NCBI GenBank assembly: GCA_025457915.1
Contig: JALOTL010000014.1
Location: 5,156 to 69,155, forward strand
Source of the DNA: Spirochaetota bacterium
GTDB lineage: Bacteria; Spirochaetota; UBA4802; UBA5550
Direction: 5' to 3'
DNA: 64,000 bases
Made by a program: the position numbers and the translations under genes. This document shows positions 29,702 to 39,806 of the stretch, in pieces (within the stretch, counting starts at the first letter, position 1; the number at the start of each line of letters is the position of its first letter). A model generated the notes under the pieces. That model made no database searches. It worked only from the letters and a program-made list of their open reading frames with translations, and had not been told where the DNA came from.

Positions 29702-31648
29702 TCATGCAATCGCTTCCTGCAATATCTCGACGACCCGTATCGGGTTCGCCTTTCCGCGGATTCTCACCAGCCCGATCATTCGATGCGGGTATTTGTCCCT
29801 GTCGGCGGCTTTATCGAAGCTTTCCATGCTCAACAGAATTTTTGTATTCAGTTTTTTGTTCAAGCCTTCGAGCCTCGATGCGGTGTTTACGGCATCGGAA
29901 ATAACGGTGGTATCCATCCTGTTCTCTTCGCCTATGGTCCCGAGGACGAGCGTTCCGGTGTGTATTCCCACCCCGATGTTGATGTCCGTTTCTCCGCAGA
30001 GCCTGTAGCAGTCGTTCAGTTCCCGGAGCGCCCGGTGCATCTGGATTGCGGCATTGATCGCATCGTCGACGGATTCCGGAAAGAGCGCCATGATCGCGTC
30101 CCCGATATACTTGTCTATGAACCCGTTGTTGCTTCTTATTATCGGGGCGATTTTTTGCAGGTATGAATTCAGGAAGTCGATGTTTTCCTTGGGCGACATC
30201 CGCTCCGAGATTTTGGTGAAGGAACGTATATCCGAAAAGAGCACCGTCATCTCCCTTATGCTCTGGTCCCCGAGTTTGATCTCCGCGATGTTCTCGCGGT
30301 CGAGGTACCGCAGAAACTCTTTCGGCACGAACCGCGAAAAAGATTCCGCCGTCTCTTTCTGCCGCTCGAACGCCTCCCTCTGCACCGACTCTTTTTCACG
30401 CTGCATGATCCTCATCCTGTCCGCGAGGGCGAGGGACATCAATATGATCTCGAACGCGGACCCCATGAGTATGGAATAATCGGTGAAGAGATTATGCGGC
30501 AGCAGACCGAAGTTTTTCATGGGCAGAATTATGAAGCCGCTGATTATGCCGATCCATGCGACGAGGTACAGACGCGCGGGCCGGTATCCCGTCATGAAGC
30601 TTTTAACGGCCGTGAAAAGCAATATGATCGAACCGGCGATCGAAAGGAAAGAAACGATCTGGACGGCGATGCGGTATTCCAGGAACCACGCGGCCGGGAT
30701 GTTGCATATGAAGAGGACGACCATGCCGAGGACCGCTTTATTCAGATACGGGGCGTTTTTGCGGGACTGGAGAAACAACCGGCCGAAGGTGTTCATGAAA
30801 ATGGCGAGTACAGATCCGGACATCGGGGTCGACATCATATGGGCCCAGATGCTTTCCTTCGGGAAATAAACTCCAGTCAGACCGTTAAGTGAAAGCTGGA
30901 AAACGGCGGCCGATAAAATGTAGAGGACATATACCAGGTAGTCCCTGGAACGGATCGTGATGAAAATGAACAGGTTGAGGAGCGCCATTACCAGCAGGAG
31001 GCCGAAGTAAAGCCCGAATACGTACTGCTCGTTCATGGCGGACTGGACGAAGGCCCGCGATTCCCACACTATGAGCGGGATGTTCATCGACCCCTCTGTT
31101 TTGATCCGCAGGTATACCTCATGGGTGCGGCCCGGTTCCGACGGTATCTGGACCACCGCGTTCCGGTAAGGCGTCTCGCGGTCATTGTAAGCGACCACGG
31201 TCCCGGCCTCTTTCTTCACCACGGTAGAACCGTCCTTTATATAGTATTGCACATCGTCGATGAGGGGATATCCCACCTCGAGGAGCAGCTTTTTTGTCTC
31301 CCTGATGTTTTTGACCGGTGCACAGGCATATTTGAAATAAATCCAGTATGCCGATCCGGTGAAACCGAAATTCAACGTTTTCTTTGTCAATGGCCTGAAC
31401 GGATCTTTTGTTTCCGAAAGCTCGAGCAGTTGCCTGAACGTCAGGTTCCCGGTTTTATCCTCATAATACGACACGCTCCTGTCGATCCGTTGCGACTGGA
31501 ACGGGCCGCTGAATTTTATCGTGCCCTTTTTTACGGTCTTTGAATCCGCTGCTGAAAGAGGGAACGAGAGGAGGACAATAAAAAACACGAATAAGGCGGT
31601 AAATACTCCCCTGTATCCCGATGCAGCGATGTTAATTCGCATGTTCAT
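29702..31648 (-). CDS. Sensor class-III adenylate/guanylate cyclase with 7TMR-DISM extracellular and 7TM receptor domains
   Basis: A signal peptide and a roughly 170-aa extracellular domain are followed by 7 TM helices. The cyclase catalytic core has ...VLFSDIRSFTKISE...FIDKYIGDAIMALF...GIHTGTLVLGTIGEENRMDTTVISDAVNTASRLE.... Confidence 0.8.
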   Translation of the reverse strand: MNMRINIAASGYRGVFTALFVFFIVLLSFPLSAADSKTVKKGTIKFSGPFQSQRIDRSVSYYEDKTGNLTFRQLLELSETKDPFRPLTKKTLNFGFTGSAYWIYFKYACAPVKNIRETKKLLLEVGYPLIDDVQYYIKDGSTVVKKEAGTVVAYNDRETPYRNAVVQIPSEPGRTHEVYLRIKTEGSMNIPLIVWESRAFVQSAMNEQYVFGLYFGLLLVMALLNLFIFITIRSRDYLVYVLYILSAAVFQLSLNGLTGVYFPKESIWAHMMSTPMSGSVLAIFMNTFGRLFLQSRKNAPYLNKAVLGMVVLFICNIPAAWFLEYRIAVQIVSFLSIAGSIILLFTAVKSFMTGYRPARLYLVAWIGIISGFIILPMKNFGLLPHNLFTDYSILMGSAFEIILMSLALADRMRIMQREKESVQREAFERQKETAESFSRFVPKEFLRYLDRENIAEIKLGDQSIREMTVLFSDIRSFTKISERMSPKENIDFLNSYLQKIAPIIRSNNGFIDKYIGDAIMALFPESVDDAINAAIQMHRALRELNDCYRLCGETDINIGVGIHTGTLVLGTIGEENRMDTTVISDAVNTASRLEGLNKKLNTKILLSMESFDKAADRDKYPHRMIGLVRIRGKANPIRVVEILQEAIA

Positions 31649-31873
31649 TGATCTCCATTGTAATTATCCGACATATATCCGTCATCCGGAGATTTCCGGT
31701 ACATAATGGACAGTATCCTATCTTCGATCCGCAAGCAAGCCGGATTTTACCCGCATCACCGGACCGGTTAAAAAACATGACAGCTCCCGAAAATTTTTTT
31801 CCGTTAAATTAATCTCATGCCGGCGCTGCTATCAGTTCCGCCCGGCGTCCGCAATCCATGATCTTCATAATAT

Positions 31874-32608
31874 TCATCCCTGCTTCACGGGCCCCTTGTA
31901 TGGTATCAGCATGGGGACCCGTTTTTGATAGTCTCGATATCCATCCCCGAAATCGGCGACCAGGTCCCGTTCCTCAAGAATCGTCCCGATGATGATCCAG
32001 CCTGTCCACATGATGTTAAACAGGAGCCTGTCTTGGCTGAGGTGAGGATTCGCCCATATCATGATCAGACTGAAAAAATAAAGAGGATGGCGGACCCATA
32101 GATAGGGGCCCTTCGCCGTGAGGGGCGGTATTTTTCGCGGCTTGCCGCTGATGAGACGGCGTATATTCAGGGTGCCGAATGGATCGAAAAACCCGAGCGA
32201 TTTGATGCCCCAGTAGAATCCGGCCATGCCGAGAATGAACATGAACCGGAGGGCCCAGTACCACGCGCCTTCCGCGGACAAAAACGCGTCCGCTGTCTGC
32301 CAGAAGATTATCATAAGGGCAAGGGGTATGCTCGAAGTTATGGAATAGAAAGCACCGTAATAATCGGCCGGTACAAGGTCCCGGAGCTTTCCGCGCATGC
32401 CTTTTCGCACAATTATGCTGTGCTGTAAAAAGAACAGCAGGCAGAGTGCGGCATCAACAACAAGCGCCTGGTCCTTTTGCAGCCCCAGGTCCACGAGGTT
32501 GAACGGCCCGAAGAACAGAAACGCATAAAAAGGAATCAAGGAGCCCGCCCCCAGGATGAGTGTTGTATACAGGAGTATATAGTTTTTTGCCTTGTTCATT
32601 TTTTTCAC
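31874..32608 (-). CDS. Membrane methyltransferase-family protein (isoprenylcysteine carboxyl methyltransferase / NnrU-like fold)
   Basis: It is a multi-TM protein with a ...LWVRHPLYFFSLIMIW...ILEERDLVADFGDGYRDYQKRVPMLIP C-terminal signature typical of the ICMT/PEMT family. Confidence 0.6.
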   Translation of the reverse strand: MKKMNKAKNYILLYTTLILGAGSLIPFYAFLFFGPFNLVDLGLQKDQALVVDAALCLLFFLQHSIIVRKGMRGKLRDLVPADYYGAFYSITSSIPLALMIIFWQTADAFLSAEGAWYWALRFMFILGMAGFYWGIKSLGFFDPFGTLNIRRLISGKPRKIPPLTAKGPYLWVRHPLYFFSLIMIWANPHLSQDRLLFNIMWTGWIIIGTILEERDLVADFGDGYRDYQKRVPMLIPYKGPVKQG

Positions 32609-32667
32609 CTCTTTTGCTGTAAATCATCAGGGCCACCCGCTTTTTTAAAAGCGGGGAGCGGCCGATT

Positions 32668-33480
32668 TTATTTTTTTCGCGCGTATACTTTGATGCTGGC
32701 GATGGAATCAAACAGGCTTTTGCCGGCCCCCCTGGTCATGCCGGTTTCTTCCCTTATCTTCTCCGCTATCGGATCATTGGCCCACAATTCCGCCGGTATT
32801 CTGTTTTCTTCGATGATCTGTACATCGCTGAAACCGGCATCGGCGATCATTTGAAGATAGCTTTCTTTCTTCACGGCCCCCGCAATGCAGCCGACGTAGG
32901 CGCTTACGGATTTTGCGACACTTTCCGGAAGATCCCCGGTAAGAACGACATCGGATATCATTATCCTGCCCCCTTCTTTGAGGACGCGATGGGATTCCCG
33001 AAAAACACGTTCTTTTCTAGTCGATAGATTGATCACGCAATTGGAGATGATCAGATCGACCGAGGAATCCGCCACCGGAAGGTTCTCGATTTCTCCAAGT
33101 CTGAATTCGACATTGCCGTGTCCGATCTTTACGGCGTTTTGCCTCGCCCTGTCAATCATTTCCGCCGTCATGTCGACCCCTATGACCTTTCCAGACGGAC
33201 CCACCTTTTGTGCGGCCAGGAAGCAGTCGATCCCGCCGCCGGAACCGAGGTCGAGAACGGTTTCGCCTTCCGAGATTGAAGCGAGCGCCGTCGGGTTGCC
33301 GCACCCCAGACCCATGTTCGCGTTTTCAGGGATGGATTTGAGTTCATCCTCTGAATATCCGACCTTGATGCTCGTCGCGCGGGCATTCGACTTTGCGGCT
33401 CCGCAGCAGGATGATGAGACATTTTGCGCGATTTTCGCGTATTCCCCGCGGACGATTTTTTGTTGACCGTTATTTTCCAT
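32668..33480 (-). CDS. arsM: Arsenite S-adenosylmethionine methyltransferase
   Basis: The product has the ArsM-specific motifs ...MGLGCGNPTALAS..., a SAM-binding VLDLGSGGGID and conserved Cys in ...YVGCIAGA.... Confidence 0.8.
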   Translation of the reverse strand: MENNGQQKIVRGEYAKIAQNVSSSCCGAAKSNARATSIKVGYSEDELKSIPENANMGLGCGNPTALASISEGETVLDLGSGGGIDCFLAAQKVGPSGKVIGVDMTAEMIDRARQNAVKIGHGNVEFRLGEIENLPVADSSVDLIISNCVINLSTRKERVFRESHRVLKEGGRIMISDVVLTGDLPESVAKSVSAYVGCIAGAVKKESYLQMIADAGFSDVQIIEENRIPAELWANDPIAEKIREETGMTRGAGKSLFDSIASIKVYARKK

Positions 33481-33506
33481 TGCAGCTCTCCTTGAATATA
33501 TTATTT

Positions 33507-33523
33507 AGTTGTATATTACAACT
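33507..33523. promoter_or_regulatory. Putative MarR operator 1 (GTTGTA-N3-TACAAC inverted repeat) upstream of arsM
   Basis: AGTTGTATATTACAACT has perfect 7-bp arms. It lies 27 bp upstream of the arsM start and shares GTTGTA-N3-TACAAC(C/T)ATAATG with the second site. Confidence 0.5.
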
Positions 33524-33536
33524 ATAATGCAGAAAA

Positions 33537-33998
33537 TTATTGCTTTTTGCAGCATTCGCCCGGATTGCAGCATCTATCCATTGATCTGATGAAAATTTCA
33601 AGGGATTGAATAACATCCTCCCTTTTGTTTTCCGGGATGGAATTACCCATATCAACCATGAAATCCGATATGCAATCCTGTACATTTTTAAAAACCGCCT
33701 TGCCCCTGCCCGTAAGATGCAGTTCAACCGCGCGCGAGTCGTGGGCGGATTGGGTTTTTTTAAGGTACCCCATTTTAACCAGAGGATCGACAAGCCTGGT
33801 TGTCGTGCTTTTCTCAACGGAAAGAAGGGTATGGAGAGCGGACATTTCCAGCGAACCGGTCCGCGCCACATAGCTGAGAATTGAATACTGCGTAAACGTC
33901 AAATCCTCGCAGAATTTCGATTCGGTCTGAAACACCCGCAGGGATATTATGAGGCGCCTGATAACCGATAAAAGCTGTTTGTCGTATGCAGTTTCCAT
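33537..33998 (-). CDS. MarR-family transcriptional regulator
   Basis: The winged-HTH region is ...LTFTQYSILSYVARTGSLEMSALHTLLSVEKSTTTRLVDPLVKMGYLKK...DSRAVELHLTGRG.... The start is chosen at METAYDK (33998) because a palindromic operator overlaps it. Confidence 0.75.
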   Translation of the reverse strand: METAYDKQLLSVIRRLIISLRVFQTESKFCEDLTFTQYSILSYVARTGSLEMSALHTLLSVEKSTTTRLVDPLVKMGYLKKTQSAHDSRAVELHLTGRGKAVFKNVQDCISDFMVDMGNSIPENKREDVIQSLEIFIRSMDRCCNPGECCKKQ

Positions 33999-34024
33999 TA
34001 TGGTTGTAATATACAACCATAATG
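33996..34024. promoter_or_regulatory. Putative MarR operator 2 (29-bp interrupted palindrome) overlapping the marR start codon
   Basis: CATTATGGTTGTAATATACAACCATAATG has 13-bp perfect arms around an ATA spacer, and it overlaps the marR ATG. This arrangement suggests autoregulation. Confidence 0.5.
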
Positions 34025-34389
34025 TCCGGACGTCAACTGTTTTTTAAGTTTTTTTTTACGGCGCATATTTTTATTAAACCGGCGGGAATACCGCGCGTCA
34101 CGATGCATGACCCGTCAATACTTCCAGCATCCGTGTGGTTAATTATTAATATTGGATCAAGTAAAAAACAATTAACATTCCCTGCCGGCATCCTGGCTGA
34201 GCCATGCCGCTCATTACAATATTATGGATTGAAAAATCTTATCAACAGCTGCGAATTTCCCCGGTAGCATTCAATAAAAAAACCGTAATACCAGCATATC
34301 GGCATGCGGATTTTCCCTCGATGTGCGGCACATAAAATGGGGGCCGGTCACACCGACCAGGGGGCGGTATATAGTTTCCGGTAAATTTT

Positions 34390-34417
34390 ATAGGCGCCGA
34401 TTCGAATCGGCGCCTAT
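34390..34417. repeat. 28-bp perfect palindrome (core GGCGCCGATTCGAATCGGCGCC), copy 1, downstream of paralog 1
   Basis: ATAGGCGCCGATTCGAATCGGCGCCTAT is self-complementary over 28 bp. It is followed at 34428-34500 by three degenerate 19-bp units (CCGATGCYTGTRTRTAACC). Confidence 0.7.
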
Positions 34418-34521
34418 GGATAAATCTCGATGCTTGTGTGTAACCCCGATGCCTGTATATAACCCGGCGCCTGTATGAAACGGGGCCCGTACAGGCAGGC
34501 ATCATCCCCGGCATCCCTTCC

Positions 34522-35415
34522 TCAGTTCTCCTTCCCTCCGCCGAAGCCTATGAAGTACGACGCAGCGAGGGTTACGCCGTAGAAATGGTCGTCCCGCAGG
34601 TGCTGTTTATTCGGGAAGTTATGCACGTACTGGTACCTGAACCCGGCTGATATGGTGGTTGAAATCGGCTCTATCAAGTACGCCAGGGAAGGAGTAAGGT
34701 TTACGCCCAGGCCGCCGATGTACCTGCGGGTGTTGTAATTCGGCCATACCATCCATATGGTAAATTTCGAGAGAACCACTAAAGCCGAGGTGTCGTAATC
34801 GGAAGCGATCGTGGACGTCTGGACTATTGAAATGTTGGAAATGAAATAAAGCCCGGCCGCGATATGGACATTCAGGTTTACGCCGAGTCCGGGCGAATAG
34901 GAGCCTATCGAGGTCTTCTTTGGCATGTACCCTACGCCGTCCTTTGCCCCGATGTCCACGATAGGGGTCTTGTATTTATAAGACTGGTATTTGAACCCGA
35001 TGTAGAGCTTCAGGTAATCCGTGACCTGGTATCCCACCGTGGAATCCATGTCGTATTTGACCGTCTTGCTCTTCATGTAAACCGGGTTCCAATACGGTAA
35101 TTGCGTCATATCGGTTATAAATTCCGTCATCAAGGACCTGTAGCGCCCCATCAGGAACGTGCCTGACAGGTATAATTTTCCGATCTTTAATGATGCAATC
35201 GGACCGTAGAGGAACTCCGGATCGATTTTGATGTTTTCCTTCGCGTGAATAAATACGATTTTTTTATCGGGCCTTGGATTGAAATAACCGGGCGACCACC
35301 ACGCGTACCAGGTCATGGCGCCGACGCTCAATCCGTCTTCAGCGGATGCGCTGGAAAAAAGTCCGAAACACACGGTTATAAGGAAAAGAAATATTGCCGT
35401 GATAGTGTTTTTCAT
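34522..35415 (-). CDS. Secreted / outer-membrane hypothetical protein, paralog 1 of a three-member family (YAWWSP motif)
   Basis: The signal peptide is MKNTITAIFLFLITVCFGLFSSASA. The mature part is near-identical to the product of 38838..39740, and the C-terminal ~110 aa are identical. Its composition resembles a beta-strand-rich OMP. Confidence 0.6.
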   Translation of the reverse strand: MKNTITAIFLFLITVCFGLFSSASAEDGLSVGAMTWYAWWSPGYFNPRPDKKIVFIHAKENIKIDPEFLYGPIASLKIGKLYLSGTFLMGRYRSLMTEFITDMTQLPYWNPVYMKSKTVKYDMDSTVGYQVTDYLKLYIGFKYQSYKYKTPIVDIGAKDGVGYMPKKTSIGSYSPGLGVNLNVHIAAGLYFISNISIVQTSTIASDYDTSALVVLSKFTIWMVWPNYNTRRYIGGLGVNLTPSLAYLIEPISTTISAGFRYQYVHNFPNKQHLRDDHFYGVTLAASYFIGFGGGKEN

Positions 35416-35797
35416 ATATTCACCTGCTTTATGATTTCCTTGAGCTGTAAAAAATCCTTTAATCGCCCTCTCTAACCCATAGGGCATAATTTTAAAGTTA
35501 TGAAAATAAAATTATTGTTATAACATGGTTTTTTTAAAATTTTCCATTAATTATTTCGTCATTTTAATCATCTGCAGGTTATAATCCTGGCCACATCTTA
35601 TTTCAATAATGTTTTCAATTAAAACTTAATATTAAAATTTGTCCGAGGACCGGTTATTTTAATTTATTATTGACAATAAACAATTTTTTCTAAAACTTGT
35701 TTGAATAAATAACCGGCATCTATTCACATTTATAAAGCGCAGGCAAGAACTGTTATGTCAATGACACCATGTGGAATTCCCATAAGGGTTTGATCAG

Positions 35798-37267
35798 ATG
35801 CTTTTTAATTCAATTGAATTTATTGTCTTTTTTCCTATAGTTACTTTTCTTTATTTTTTTCTCCCACATAAATACAGATGGTCCATGCTTCTTGCGGCAA
35901 GCTGCATTTTTTACATGGCCTTCATACCTGTCTATATTTTCATCCTTGGAATAACAATTCTAATAGATTATACAGCTGCATTATGGATAGCATCTTCCGA
36001 GGGTAGGAAAAAAAAATTATATTTAATCATTAGTATTATTTCAACTTGTCTTGTTTTATTTGTTTTCAAGTATTTTAATTTCTTTAACAGTAATTTTGCG
36101 AGAATTGCATCTTTCTTCCACTGGAAGTATCCGATAGAGATCATAAATATTATCCTTCCCATAGGGCTTTCTTTTCACACGTTTCAAAGCCTGAGCTATG
36201 TTATTGAGGTATACAGGGGAAACCAGAAACCGGAACGGCATTTCGGCGTATACGCGCTATATGTAATGTTTTATCCCCAGCTTGTTGCCGGACCTATCGA
36301 GAGGCCCCAAAATTTACTTCATCAATTCCATGAAGAGCATTTCATCAATTATTCGAGAATAACAGATGGACTCAAGCTGATGGCCTGGGGGATGTTCAAG
36401 AAGGTCGTAATTGCTGACAGATTGGCTATTCTTGTCAATCAGGTGTATAATGATCCGACAGTATATTCCGGCTTTCCATTGATTCTTGCGACTGTATTTT
36501 TTTCTTTTCAGATATATTGTGATTTTTCGGGATATTCGGATATAGCCATCGGTTCCGCCCAGGTTATGGGTTTTAGATTGATGGACAACTTCAACAGGCC
36601 CTATTTTTCCAAATCCGTAGCCGAATTCTGGAAGAGATGGCATATATCGCTGTCGAGCTGGTTCAGGGATTATCTCTATATTTCACTCGGGGGCAAAAAA
36701 GTCGGCAATAGCAGGTGGCAGTTTAATCTTTTTTTCACTTTCCTTGTAAGCGGATTATGGCACGGCGCCAATTGGACATTTGTCGCCTGGGGGGCGATTA
36801 ATGGGCTGTTTCTTTTATGCTCAATCTGGACTAAGAAATTAAGGGAAAAAATTGTCGCTGTCTCCGGAATTTACAGGTTCCCTAGGTTTTATAAATACAT
36901 GAGGGTATTGTTTGTTTTTTCATTAATCAGCTTCGCCTGGATTTTTTTCAGGGCAAAAAATATTTCGGATGCATATTACATAATAACCCACATGTTTAAA
37001 AATCTGATTAATGTGAATGTTATCTCCAAGAATCTGCTGATAATATCGCATGGATGGCTGAAATTGACCGGTTATGAAATAATTATTTCAATACTTATGA
37101 TATTGTTCATGGAAGCGGTTCACTTGATTCAAAGACACGGGAGCATCAGGCGCATGCTTTCCGAGAAGCCGGTATGGGTAAGATGGTCCATATATTTTAT
37201 AATTACATACAGTATCATATTTTTCGGCGTGTTCGATAATACTCAATTTATTTATTTTCAGTTTTAA
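35798..37267 (+). CDS. MBOAT-family membrane-bound O-acyltransferase (AlgI/DltB-like)
   Basis: Multi-TM helices are present with the conserved MBOAT His region (...FWKRWHISLSSWFRDYLYISLGG...). The gene is low-GC relative to its surroundings. Confidence 0.8.
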   Translation: MLFNSIEFIVFFPIVTFLYFFLPHKYRWSMLLAASCIFYMAFIPVYIFILGITILIDYTAALWIASSEGRKKKLYLIISIISTCLVLFVFKYFNFFNSNFARIASFFHWKYPIEIINIILPIGLSFHTFQSLSYVIEVYRGNQKPERHFGVYALYVMFYPQLVAGPIERPQNLLHQFHEEHFINYSRITDGLKLMAWGMFKKVVIADRLAILVNQVYNDPTVYSGFPLILATVFFSFQIYCDFSGYSDIAIGSAQVMGFRLMDNFNRPYFSKSVAEFWKRWHISLSSWFRDYLYISLGGKKVGNSRWQFNLFFTFLVSGLWHGANWTFVAWGAINGLFLLCSIWTKKLREKIVAVSGIYRFPRFYKYMRVLFVFSLISFAWIFFRAKNISDAYYIITHMFKNLINVNVISKNLLIISHGWLKLTGYEIIISILMILFMEAVHLIQRHGSIRRMLSEKPVWVRWSIYFIITYSIIFFGVFDNTQFIYFQF

Positions 37268-37276
37268 AATAAAAAC

Positions 37277-38314
37277 ATGGAAATTAAAAAAGTTAAAAAT
37301 TTACCGGTAATAAAAAAGCTCTTCATCAAGTTTTTTATATTGTCCGTTCCATTTTTAATGATATTGCTTTCATATGTAATACTTGACCCATTTAAAGTTA
37401 TTTACCATTATGATAATTATTTTAAGGATACGTTTTCTTATCTTAACAGAGATTTCATATCAACAGAAATTTTTTTAATGAATCGAGAAAAACACCGTTA
37501 TGATTCTTTCATATTTGGGAGTTCAAGGACACTTGCGTATGATCCGGCCGACTGGAAGCCTCACCTTGACGCTAATGATTCAATATTTTGCTTCGATGCA
37601 TCGGGTGAAACAATTTTTGGCATTGATAAAAAAATTCAATATATAGATGCCCTGGGTGATTCCGTAAAGAATGTTCTTATCATCATTTGTCCAGATGTTA
37701 GTTTCAACAAGGTGCAGAATATTAAGCAGCACCTTTTCATCAAGCACCCGCTCCTTTCCGGTGAATCATATTCCGGGTTTCATTTTATCTATTTAAAATC
37801 CTACCTGTCAAATGGCTTTTTCATCAGATACCTTGATTATTTAATATTCAGAAATTTTCGTCAATACATGATCGGTTATATAGATAATAAAAAATTTATG
37901 CATGACACAACCACTAATTTTATCACCATACTCGATTGGGAAGAGGAATTGAATGAAGATGAATCAAAATATTATTCATCAAGGAAGGATGTTTTTTTCA
38001 TAAGGCCTTCATTTAACCCTGAAGAAAAGAAAGGCATCAATGAGGGGATTGAAAAAATGCTTATAAATATCCGAAAAATATTCAATAAACACAAAACAAA
38101 TTATAAAATAATCATCAGCCCTCTATATTATCAAAAAAAAATAAATTTTTCCGACCTGGAAAAACTAAAAAATATTTTTGGCCAGAAAAATGTTTTCGAT
38201 TATTCAGGAAAAAATAAAATCACTGAAAATGTTTACAACTATTATGAACCATCCCACTACCGCACAAAAGCAGGAAAACAAATAATCAATGAGATTTATA
38301 GATACCGTCAATAA
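37277..38314 (+). CDS. Hypothetical membrane-anchored protein, likely the O-acyltransferase partner of the MBOAT (AlgJ/AlgX/DltD-like role)
   Basis: It has an N-terminal TM anchor and is located immediately downstream of the MBOAT gene. It is low-GC and no catalytic motif could be assigned. Confidence 0.45.
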   Translation: MEIKKVKNLPVIKKLFIKFFILSVPFLMILLSYVILDPFKVIYHYDNYFKDTFSYLNRDFISTEIFLMNREKHRYDSFIFGSSRTLAYDPADWKPHLDANDSIFCFDASGETIFGIDKKIQYIDALGDSVKNVLIIICPDVSFNKVQNIKQHLFIKHPLLSGESYSGFHFIYLKSYLSNGFFIRYLDYLIFRNFRQYMIGYIDNKKFMHDTTTNFITILDWEEELNEDESKYYSSRKDVFFIRPSFNPEEKKGINEGIEKMLINIRKIFNKHKTNYKIIISPLYYQKKINFSDLEKLKNIFGQKNVFDYSGKNKITENVYNYYEPSHYRTKAGKQIINEIYRYRQ

Positions 38315-38722
38315 TCTTTCGCTTTTTTTCATCAATCTGAATCAAGAAACCATGCAGTCTCCCGATCGCTTTTAATATGCAAATCCCCAGTCAGCAAACC
38401 ATAGATGTTTAGACAAAGATAGGATTATGCGGTGAACTGAAGACCGGGAAGAAAGAGCAGAACGAGTTTCAATTTTGCATTACAGTTCATGATGCATTAT
38501 TGATTCGAACACCAATTGAATTAATTGAAACATCAATAAAGGCTACAAAACAGGAAATGGTGAAAGCAAGTAATGATGATTTTCTGAATGCAGCTTCAAC
38601 ACAGGCCACCACTCCGGGGGATGTGGTATTGTTCTCCGGGTACCGTCGCGGCAGGCGCGTTGTTCGCGGATATAAACTTCACCGACCAGGGATCGGTATA
38701 TATTTTCCGGTAAATTTTATAT

Positions 38723-38741
38723 GCGCCGATTAAAATCGGCG
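38723..38741. repeat. Palindrome copy 2 (variant GCGCCGATTAAAATCGGCG) downstream of paralog 2, with the same flanking TTCCGGTAAATTTTATA and 19-bp tandem units
   Basis: The stem is CGCCGAT/ATCGGCG with loop TAAA. Downstream are CCCGACGCTTGTGCATAACC, CGATGCTTGCGTGTAACC and CGGGGCCTGTATGGGCC. Confidence 0.6.
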
Positions 38742-38837
38742 TCCGTGTGCAGAGCCCGACGCTTGTGCATAACCCGATGCTTGCGTGTAACCCGGGGCCT
38801 GTATGGGCCGGCATCATCCCCGGTAATATCCCCCCCA

Positions 38838-39740
38838 TCAGTTCTCCTTCCCTCCCCCGAAGCCTATAAAATATGACGCCGCGAGGGTTACGCCGTAGAA
38901 ATGGTCGTCGCGCAGGTGCTGCTTGTTCGGGAAGTTATGCACGTACTGGTACCTGAACCCGGCCGATATGGTGGTTGAAATCGGTTCTATCAAGTACGCC
39001 AGGGAAGGCGTAAGGTTTACGCCCAGCCCGCCGATGTACCTGCGGGTGTTGTAATTCGGCCATATCATCGGGATGTTGTTTCCCGGGGTGAAAGGGAGAA
39101 GCACGAAGGCCGAGGTGCCGTAATCGGAAGCGATCGTGGACGTCTGGACTATTGAAATGTTGGAAATGAAATAAAGCCCGGCCGCGATATGTACGTTCAG
39201 GTTTACGCCCAGCCCGGGCGAATAGGAGCCTATCGAGGTCTTCTTGGGTATGTACCCTCCCCCGCCCCTTGCCCCGATATCCACGAAAGGGGTCTTGTAT
39301 TTATAAGACTGGTATTTGAACCCGATATAGAGCTTCAGGTAATCCGTGACAGGGTATCCCACGGTGGAATCCATGTCGTATTTTATCGTATTGTTCTTCA
39401 TGTAAACCGGGTTCCAGAACGGCATAAGGATCGGATCGGTGATGAATTCAGTCGTCACTGATTTGTAGCGCCCCATCAGGAACGTGCCTGACAGGTATAA
39501 TTTTCCGATCTTTAACGATGCGACCGGTCCGTAGAGGAACTCCGGGTCGATTTTGATGTTTTCCTTCGCGTGAATAAATACGATTTTTTTATCGAACCTT
39601 GGTGTGAAATAACTGGGCGACCACCACGCGTACCAGGTCATGGCGCCGACGCTCAATCCGTCTTCAGCGGACGCGCTGGAAAGAAGGCCTCCGAAGACAA
39701 AAAACAGCGCGAGACATATGACGTTCACGGTCGTTTTCAT
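38838..39740 (-). CDS. Secreted / outer-membrane hypothetical protein, paralog 2 (near-identical to paralog 1)
   Basis: The signal peptide is MKTTVNVICLALFFVFGGLLSSASA. The mature sequence differs from paralog 1 only in the central region, and the C-terminal halves are identical. Confidence 0.6.
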   Translation of the reverse strand: MKTTVNVICLALFFVFGGLLSSASAEDGLSVGAMTWYAWWSPSYFTPRFDKKIVFIHAKENIKIDPEFLYGPVASLKIGKLYLSGTFLMGRYKSVTTEFITDPILMPFWNPVYMKNNTIKYDMDSTVGYPVTDYLKLYIGFKYQSYKYKTPFVDIGARGGGGYIPKKTSIGSYSPGLGVNLNVHIAAGLYFISNISIVQTSTIASDYGTSAFVLLPFTPGNNIPMIWPNYNTRRYIGGLGVNLTPSLAYLIEPISTTISAGFRYQYVHNFPNKQHLRDDHFYGVTLAASYFIGFGGGKEN

Positions 39741-39806
39741 TTATTTCTCCTTGCTTTCCGGAAACCTTGCCGCTTCCGCCCCATAAACAAATATCGGCTT
39801 CCTATA

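Noticed and set aside
34242-34514. Small minus-strand ORFs (90 aa here, 80 aa at 38596-38838) with similar N-termini (MPGMMPACTGP… / LPGMMPAHTGP…) downstream of the two OMP paralogs
   Set aside because: The similarity is confined to the duplicated DNA segment and then diverges. There is no RBS, and the region is occupied by the palindrome and tandem-repeat element. It is more likely conserved non-coding DNA than a gene.
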